From the NCBI GenBank assembly GCA_016926735.1, contig JAFGOA010000085.1, forward strand, positions 1 through 14,411: 14,411 nt of DNA. The letters are read 5' to 3'. Of this stretch, positions 7,492-14,411 are shown piece after piece. Both the position numbers and the translations under genes were made by a program. This DNA is from Promethearchaeota archaeon (GTDB lineage Archaea > Asgardarchaeota > Lokiarchaeia > Sigyniarchaeales > SOKP01). The notes beneath the pieces are model-generated. The model was not told the DNA's origin. It saw only the letters and a list, made by a program, of their open reading frames with translations, and ran no database searches. Position 1 is the first letter of the stretch; the number at the start of each line of letters is the position of its first letter.

Positions 7492-7611
7492 CTGATTGAT
7501 TTTTTTTTTGATTAAAGATAGTATTTTTTCTTATCTATCTTTAAAAAATTCCCTAAAAATTCAATTATATTAAATTGAAAAAACATTATTAATTATTTTA
7601 ATGTATTAATT

Positions 7612-8100
7612 ATGAATATTGAAAAAGAAAACATAATTCCGATCCCAAAATTATATTGTATAAGATATATTGAGGGGGGGTGTGCAAAAAATAAATGCAC
7701 AGCAGTTAAATTAAAGAATTTAAATTTATTAAAAATAGTAAATAAGATATATGGTTCTTTAAAAAAATCAATCATTCTTAATCCTTTAGCTAAAAAAGAA
7801 ATTTCTTCAAGAGATCGAGAGATTATTTTAAAAAATGGGCTAATTGTAATAGATTGCTCTTGGAAACATTTTTTCACAATAAAAAATTTTGATGAAGATG
7901 TATCTCGTAAATTACCTCCATTAATAGCTGCAAATCCAGTTAATTATGGGAAATGGGAAAAACTAAGTTCTGCAGAAGCACTATCAGCTGCACTTTATAT
8001 TGCAGGATTTAGAGATCATGCTATACTTATCCTTTCAAAATTTTCATGGGGTCGAGAATTCTTTAGAATAAATAATTTTAAGAATAATAGTATATGTTAA
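7612..8100 (+). CDS. tsr3: 16S rRNA aminocarboxypropyltransferase Tsr3
   Basis: KCTAVKL, IDCSW, RKLPPLIAANPVNYGK..KLSSAEALSAAL and FSWGREF are family signatures. Confidence 0.93.
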   Translation: MNIEKENIIPIPKLYCIRYIEGGCAKNKCTAVKLKNLNLLKIVNKIYGSLKKSIILNPLAKKEISSRDREIILKNGLIVIDCSWKHFFTIKNFDEDVSRKLPPLIAANPVNYGKWEKLSSAEALSAALYIAGFRDHAILILSKFSWGREFFRINNFKNNSIC

Positions 8101-8140
8101 CTTAATTCTTTATAAAAAATATAAAAAAAAAGAGAAAGAT

Positions 8141-9742
8141 TTATTCTCCACCTTTAGAAAGTCTTGAAGCAGCTATTACATCATCAATTTTAAGGATCAT
8201 AGTGGCTACTTCTGTAGCAGATAGAATTGCTTGCGTTAGAACAGCTAAAGGTTCAATAACTCCTAATTTAATCATATCATCTGGTTTACCTAAATCAATA
8301 TTAATACCAAATGAGCTTCCTTCTTCAAACTCATGTTTGGATCTTAATTCTACGATTAAATCAATAGGATTAAATCCTGCATTTTCAGCTAAAGTCTTTG
8401 GAATAATTTCTAAAGCATTTGCATACACTTCAATTGCTAATTGTTCTCTTCCTCCAATGGTTCTTGCATAAGTTTTTAGTCTCTTTGCTAATTCGATTTC
8501 TGTTGCTCCACCTCCAGGTAAGATATATGGAACTTCTATAGTAGCTTTAACAACAGATAATGCATCATGAATCATTCTTTCTGCTTCATCAACAACATGT
8601 TCAATACCTGCTCTGATGAGAATACTAACTGTTTTTGGAGATGCACATTCGGATATAAAAATCATGTTATCATTACCAATTTTCTTTTCTTCAACTTTAC
8701 CGGCATATCCAAGGTCTTCTGAAGTAATCTCAAAAATGTTATTTAATATTTTAGCATTTGTAGCTCTAGCTAATTTTTCCATATCAGATTTTTTTACTCT
8801 TCGAACTGCCACAATATTTTCTTTAGCAAGAAAATTTTGTGCTTTATCATCAATACCTTTTTGACAAAAAACAACGTTAGCTCCTATTTCTTTGAGTTTG
8901 ATAACTCGTTTGTTTAACATATTGGTTTCTTCAGCCAAAAATTTATTTATTTGATCAGGAGTTTGAATTTTTATTTCAGCATCAAATTCAGTTTTTTCAA
9001 CTTCTAAAGCAGAATTAATCAATGCTATTTTTGCATTTTTTAGTAATTTAGGCATCATAGGATTTATTATCTCTTTGTCAACTATCATACCATTAATTAT
9101 CTCAGTATCAAGTAGGCTTTTTCCTTCTTTTTTAATTATTTGAAGTTGATCTAAATCAATAAAAACATTCATACCTCTTTTCTCTTTTATTTGAGAAACA
9201 GATTTTACTACAATATTAGCAAAATGACTTTTTGCACTTGATATTAATTTACTATTCATAGAAGTTTCTGCAACTTTTTTCAGGCTATCTATATCATCAA
9301 TTGAAATTTGATTTGCAAGCTTTTGTAAAATCTCTTTACTTTTTACTAATGCTTTCCTATACCCTCGAAAGATAATAGTTGGATGGACTTGTTGTTCCAT
9401 TAATTCTTGAGCCAGATTTAATAATTCTCCTGCAAGAATTACACTTGTTGTTGTTCCATCACCAACTTTTTCATCTTGAGTTTTAGCAACTTCTACAATC
9501 ATTTTAGCAGCAGGATGCTCTACATCAATTGTATCTAAGATAGTTTTTCCATCATTTGTAATAGTGACATCTCCAAGAGAATCAACAATCATTTTATCCA
9601 TTCCCTTTGGGCCTAATGTTGTTTTAACAGATTCGGATACAGCTTTTGCTGCAGAAATGTTATTTTTTTGGGCATCTTTTCCTCTTTTTCTATCAGTCCC
9701 TTCTTTTAAGATAAGTACGGGGACACCAGATAATTGCGCCAT
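8141..9742 (-). CDS. ths: Thermosome (group II chaperonin) subunit
   Basis: [47 protein letters not shown] and MILKIDDVI motifs. Confidence 0.97.
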   Translation of the reverse strand: MAQLSGVPVLILKEGTDRKRGKDAQKNNISAAKAVSESVKTTLGPKGMDKMIVDSLGDVTITNDGKTILDTIDVEHPAAKMIVEVAKTQDEKVGDGTTTSVILAGELLNLAQELMEQQVHPTIIFRGYRKALVKSKEILQKLANQISIDDIDSLKKVAETSMNSKLISSAKSHFANIVVKSVSQIKEKRGMNVFIDLDQLQIIKKEGKSLLDTEIINGMIVDKEIINPMMPKLLKNAKIALINSALEVEKTEFDAEIKIQTPDQINKFLAEETNMLNKRVIKLKEIGANVVFCQKGIDDKAQNFLAKENIVAVRRVKKSDMEKLARATNAKILNNIFEITSEDLGYAGKVEEKKIGNDNMIFISECASPKTVSILIRAGIEHVVDEAERMIHDALSVVKATIEVPYILPGGGATEIELAKRLKTYARTIGGREQLAIEVYANALEIIPKTLAENAGFNPIDLIVELRSKHEFEEGSSFGINIDLGKPDDMIKLGVIEPLAVLTQAILSATEVATMILKIDDVIAASRLSKGGE

Positions 9743-9848
9743 TATTTTATCACTTTTAGTTAATTTATATTCTAATATATATAGATCTCTATGTCATAAA
9801 ATTAAAAAAATTTTCGAAAATATTATATAAATTAGAAAAAAATCTGAT

Positions 9849-11333
9849 CTAAGCAATCAGATCTTGAATTATATTATTTCTCAAAGTATTGGCATTCTGG
9901 ATTTTTTGAATTCTTCTTAAGTATAAATCATAAAATTCTTTTTTTTCAAAATTTAATTGTTTTAGATAATTTTTTACATTTTTAGTTGAAGGAGAACCTT
10001 GACTTATACGTTTATCTAAACAATTCTTTAAATTATGTAAAGATTCGATAATACTTAATGAGCTTATTATATCATTAAACCCATTATCAGATAATACCTT
10101 ACTAATTATAGCACGATCAAATAAATCATTGGGTTTCTTGGAAAGTTTAACTAAATCTCCAACTATCTGATGAGCTAGTCTAAAGGGAATTTTATAATCA
10201 TTAACCAATATTTCTGCAAGGTCTAAAGCTAAAATATAGCTTTCTTCTATAGCTTTTTTCATGTTGTCATTTTTTAATTTGATTGTAGAAAAAATACCAC
10301 ATAATATTTCAATTATTGAAAATATTAAATTAAATGATTCTCTTACAATAGGTTTTAATTCTTGAAAATCTTTAAGATATCCTGAAGGGATTGCTTTTAC
10401 TATAAGTGATGATTTAAAAGAATTTCCGATTATTATAGAAGATTTTGCACGAATTAATTCAAGGGTATCCGGATTTTTCTTTTGAGGCATTACACTCGAT
10501 CCAGAACAAAATTTTCCATCGATATCAATAAAATCAAACTCTTTAGACGCAAAGATAATTAAATCTTCAGAGATTCTGGAAATGTGCAGTGCAAATAATG
10601 ATAATAGATTCAAGATCTCAATAATATAATCTCTGGAGCTGATGGCATCAATAGAATTCTCAATTAATCCATCAAATCCTAATAGCTCTGTTGTTCTTTT
10701 CCTATCAATATTTATACTTGTTCCCCCTATCGCGCATGCACCCAAAGGGTTATTATTAATTCTTTTATAAACTTCATTAATTCTATTCTCAATACGCAAT
10801 ATCTGGGCGATATAATAATTTATAAAATGAGAGAATTGCCCCAATTGTGCCCTTTGAAGATGAGTATATAAGGGGATGTAATTATCTATTGAATTTTTAC
10901 TTAATTTTAACAAAATATCAATAAAATTAAAGATTTTCTCAGATAAAATATTCAATTCATTTCTGAATTTTAATCTTAGATCAACAGAAACTTGATCATT
11001 CCTTGATCTACCAGTATGGATTTTTCCCCCCGCATCCATTCCAATATCTTCAATAACAGTAAACTCAATAAGAGGATGAATATCTTCAAAATCCTCATTG
11101 AGTATGAAATTATTATTAATAATTTTATTTTGTATTTTTTCAAGCGAAACCAGAATTTTCTTTATTTCATCTTTATTTATTATACCCTGTTCAAATAGCA
11201 TTATATTATGAGCTTGAGTCCCTATAATATCTTCTTCTATAATCCATAAATCATCTTTTAAAGAAGATGAAAAATTCAAGATATCTTTACTCATAGATTC
11301 TTTTATTGCACTTCTGTAAAAATCCTTTTTCAA
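9849..11333 (-). CDS. argH: Argininosuccinate lyase
   Basis: EDIH, KIHTGRSRNDQV, PLYTHLQRAQ and the fumarate-lyase signature GSSVMPQKKNPD. TTG start. Confidence 0.96.
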   Translation of the reverse strand: MKKDFYRSAIKESMSKDILNFSSSLKDDLWIIEEDIIGTQAHNIMLFEQGIINKDEIKKILVSLEKIQNKIINNNFILNEDFEDIHPLIEFTVIEDIGMDAGGKIHTGRSRNDQVSVDLRLKFRNELNILSEKIFNFIDILLKLSKNSIDNYIPLYTHLQRAQLGQFSHFINYYIAQILRIENRINEVYKRINNNPLGACAIGGTSINIDRKRTTELLGFDGLIENSIDAISSRDYIIEILNLLSLFALHISRISEDLIIFASKEFDFIDIDGKFCSGSSVMPQKKNPDTLELIRAKSSIIIGNSFKSSLIVKAIPSGYLKDFQELKPIVRESFNLIFSIIEILCGIFSTIKLKNDNMKKAIEESYILALDLAEILVNDYKIPFRLAHQIVGDLVKLSKKPNDLFDRAIISKVLSDNGFNDIISSLSIIESLHNLKNCLDKRISQGSPSTKNVKNYLKQLNFEKKEFYDLYLRRIQKIQNANTLRNNIIQDLIA

Positions 11334-11482
11334 AATATATTCCTTTAAAATGTAATATTAGTGTTTTTAATTTATAATAATGAATTAATACAATTCATAT
11401 AAAATTTTAAATTTTGGTAAATTGCAATATAGAATCAAAAATATAAATAAATTTTAAGGTATTCAATTCTTAGTTATGAAAT

Positions 11483-12694
11483 ATGACTTTATTAATTGGT
11501 ATTATAGGAAAACCAAGTTCTGGAAAATCTACTTTTTTAAACGCTTCTTGTTTAACACATGTAGAAATGAGTGAATTGCCTTTTACAACTATAAAACCGA
11601 ATAAAGGTGTAGCAACTGTAAGAAGTAAATGTGTTTGTAAGGAATTAAATCTAATAGATAACCCTCAAAATTCTTTATGCATAAATGGCGTGAGATTAAT
11701 TCCAATTAATTTATTAGATGTGGCAGGTCTTGTTCCAGATGCTCACAAAGGTAAAGGATTAGGAAATCAATTTTTAAACGATCTAAGTAAAGCAGATATA
11801 CTAATTCATATTATAGATACAACAGGCTCTTTAGATAAAACTGGTAATAGAACTATTTCAGGATCCCATGATCCCTATGAAGATATCTTATTTTTAGAAC
11901 AGGAGATTAATTTATGGTATAAAAAAATTATAGAAAGAGAAGATTGGAATAAATTTACAAGAGCATTTTCAAGAATTCAAAAAGATTTTATTAGAGCATT
12001 AGGTGAGCGTTTGTCTGGATTAAGAATTACCCCATATCATATAAAAAGGGCACTAAAAGATTCTAATTTAGAATCTAAAAATCCTAATGAATGGTCTGAT
12101 GATGATCTATATATTTATTCAAAAATTTTAAGAGAAATATCGAAACCAATAGTTTTAGTTGCAAATAAAATAGATAAAGATAGCAGTATAGAGAATTTAA
12201 AAAAAATAAAAGAAAAAAATAAAAAAGAGATAATTCCATGTAGCGCATTAACTGAATATATTTTAAGGCAATATGAGGAACAAAAAATCATAAGTTATTT
12301 GCCAGGATCACCGAGTTTTGAAATATTAAAACCAGAAAAACTAAATCCAAAAGAATTAGAAACATTAGACAAAATAAAAGAAAAAATTCTGCAAGAATTT
12401 GGAGGTACTGGGATTCAAAAAGTCTTTAAATATGCAATTTTTGATATATTAGAACAAATTTGTGTCTATCCAGTCTCAGATATAAATAAATTTACAGATA
12501 ATAATAATAATGTATTACCAGACGTTTTCTTGATAAAAAAAGGAACAAAATTAATTGATTTTGTGAGAGATAAGATACATAGTGACTTAGCAGATCATTT
12601 TATTCATGGAATAGATGCCAAAACTAAGAAAAGATTAGGAGAAAATTATGAATTATCTCATAATGATATTATTAAGATTGTCTCTGCAAAATAA
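11483..12694 (+). CDS. ychF: Obg-family YchF/Ola1-like NTPase, archaeal type, with C-terminal TGS domain
   Basis: GKPSSGKST (G1), PFTTIKPN (G2), DVAGLVPDAHKGKGLGNQFL (G3), NKID (G4) and IHSDLA..DIIKIV (TGS). Confidence 0.93.
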   Translation: MTLLIGIIGKPSSGKSTFLNASCLTHVEMSELPFTTIKPNKGVATVRSKCVCKELNLIDNPQNSLCINGVRLIPINLLDVAGLVPDAHKGKGLGNQFLNDLSKADILIHIIDTTGSLDKTGNRTISGSHDPYEDILFLEQEINLWYKKIIEREDWNKFTRAFSRIQKDFIRALGERLSGLRITPYHIKRALKDSNLESKNPNEWSDDDLYIYSKILREISKPIVLVANKIDKDSSIENLKKIKEKNKKEIIPCSALTEYILRQYEEQKIISYLPGSPSFEILKPEKLNPKELETLDKIKEKILQEFGGTGIQKVFKYAIFDILEQICVYPVSDINKFTDNNNNVLPDVFLIKKGTKLIDFVRDKIHSDLADHFIHGIDAKTKKRLGENYELSHNDIIKIVSAK

Positions 12695-12704
12695 TGAATA
12701 ATCT

Positions 12705-12803
12705 CTATTCTTCTTTTGAGGTAAGAAGAATATAAACTAAAATGACAATTAACAATATAATACCTAAGAACGTAAGACTAAATCGAAACAATTCCTCATC
12801 CAA
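12705..12803 (-). CDS. Putative 32-aa single-transmembrane small protein (absent from the ORF track)
   Basis: TTG start 6 nt after AGGTGAGG, which is complementary to the 16S 3' tail seen in this window. Translation: MDEELFRFSLTFLGIILLIVILVYILLTSKEE*. Confidence 0.55.
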   Translation of the reverse strand: MDEELFRFSLTFLGIILLIVILVYILLTSKEE

Positions 12804-12983
12804 TTTAGTCCTCACCTTGAAATTTTTGTTTCATTTTTGATATTTTTCATTATTAATAGTTTTATAGATCTTATTGTGAAGAATATTAAAAATAGTTATT
12901 TATTTTTTCTTCTATAAATCATTGATATTGTCCTATTTTAATGACAAATTTTATTTTAAGTTAATGGTATTAGTACTCTTCTT

Positions 12984-13289
12984 TTAGGGAGGTGGTGGAA
13001 TCAAATCATATATTATATCCATGATTATTGGATATCCTAAGGCATAAGTAATGATCATACCACCAATAGCTATAATAAAAGCGAGAATTGGTTTCCATTT
13101 CTGTTCAGTTTCATTCCATCCCAAGGCACCAATTATAATTGTTAATAATGCCATTCCACTAACAATAAAAACACCAAATGCACCTTCTCTTGGTATTATC
13201 TCCATAAAAGCTAGAACACATAATAATGGACCAATTAAACTTATTATTGCTAAAAGAAGAGCAATGTTAGCATATTTAGCTTTTTCCAT
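12984..13289 (-). CDS. Small integral membrane protein (~3 TM helices), function unknown
   Basis: 101 aa with three hydrophobic segments and a C-terminal PPPP. Confidence 0.75.
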   Translation of the reverse strand: MEKAKYANIALLLAIISLIGPLLCVLAFMEIIPREGAFGVFIVSGMALLTIIIGALGWNETEQKWKPILAFIIAIGGMIITYALGYPIIMDIIYDLIPPPP

Positions 13290-13526
13290 ATCAATAAATC
13301 TCTTTTTAGTTATTTTTTTATCATAACATGAAATATATATATTTTAAATTTATGGTAATTCTTAAAAATATATCTTAAATAATCACATTAGATAGACTTT
13401 AGTTATCTAATCTAAATATATAGAAAAACAAGAGGGTCAATATATAAATCCTTATTAAAATTTATCTATTGCGTATGAACCCTGGAGAGGTAATAATGAA
13501 TCAATAAGTAAGTATGTTACATATAG

Positions 13527-13673
13527 GGTAAACGAGTCAAATGAGGATTATTTCAATCATAAAGAGAAGTTAAAATCAATGTAGATGTAAATGGAGCAAT
13601 GAATATTTTAAGAAAAGTAGTTCCCATAGCCTTCAATGATAAGGAAATAGAAGTGATGGTATTATCGCCTTGA
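13527..13673 (+). pseudogene. tnpB: Decayed IS200/IS605-family tnpB C-terminal fragment
   Basis: One frame reads GKRVK*GLFQS*REVKINVDVNGAMNILRKVVPIAF..P*. This matches the TnpB C-terminal pattern GKRxKRGLF...INADxNGAxNILRK (RuvC-III region), with two in-frame stops. Confidence 0.8.
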
Positions 13674-13781
13674 ACTGCTTAAATATGTTAGTTTTGTTAT
13701 AATTTTATATAATTCTAAATAGAACTCTATAAGCTATATTAGTGCTAATAAAATAAACTAGTTGATTTAAATAAATAATAA

Positions 13782-13914
13782 TGGACCTGACGGGAATTGA
13801 ACCCGTGACCTCTTGAGTGCAATTCTTGCATAAAGTGCTTTACTTTTTCTGTGTCAAGCGATTTTGAATCAAAACCTTTCAATAGGTCAAAATCTTCCAC
13901 TGATCTACAGGCCC
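13782..13914 (-). tRNA. trnA: tRNA-Ala(TGC) with two introns (22/23 and 32/33)
   Basis: Mature GGGCCTG TA GATC AGTGGAA GATC G CTTGA CT TGC AC TCAAG AGGTC ACGGG TTCAATT CCCGT CAGGTCC A (72 nt) with the G3:U70 Ala identity pair. Introns are 13893-13863 (31 nt, helix TGGA/TTCA) and 13852-13823 (30 nt, helix CTTG/CAAG). Confidence 0.92.
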
Positions 13915-14009
13915 ACAGTATATGTGGATAAATAATTAAAAGATATAATATTAATAATTTTTTCTTTTTTTTGAGGATAATAAATTGTAAGAACTAGAAA
14001 ATATAAAAA

Positions 14010-14411
<402 letters not shown>

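Noticed and set aside
7674-7680. G7 homopolymer in tsr3 as a phase-variation site
   Set aside because: The frame is intact, the tract is short and this is a housekeeping gene; no evidence of variation.
7593-11198. ORFs 7593-7877(-), 8202-8471(+), 8616-8864(+), 9564-9830(+), 11016-11198(+)
   Set aside because: Antisense shadows of tsr3, thermosome and argH.
13051-13326. 91-aa plus-strand ORF
   Set aside because: Antisense to the more plausible 3-TM protein.
13815-13830. Reading the last tRNA as Cys(GCA)
   Set aside because: Stem register CTTGA/TCAAG places TGC at 34-36, and G3:U70 plus discriminator A identify Ala.

Overview
Very AT-rich archaeal window, most likely Asgard (Lokiarchaeia-like). 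This is inferred from the archaeal 16S 3' end, a RING-finger gene, a tandem Roadblock gene, thermosome, RPA and Tsr3. Protein genes: RING-type Zn-finger protein, HisA/HisF-related TIM barrel, RPA large subunit, double Roadblock/LC7 protein, B12-binding radical SAM, Tsr3, thermosome subunit, ArgH, YchF-family NTPase and small hypotheticals. The window ends in the 3' part of a 16S rRNA followed by tRNA-Ala with no 23S after it, next to a decayed IS200/IS605 tnpB fragment. The most striking signal is in the tRNA genes: all four are interrupted, with 8 BHB/BHL-type introns in total, 7 of them at non-canonical positions and 26-31 nt long. One locus (3936-4125, minus) reconstructs by hand into a fully paired 74-nt tRNA-Asn(GTT) built from five exons and four introns. 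It includes a 4-nt micro-exon and overlapping splice motifs that suggest ordered splicing.
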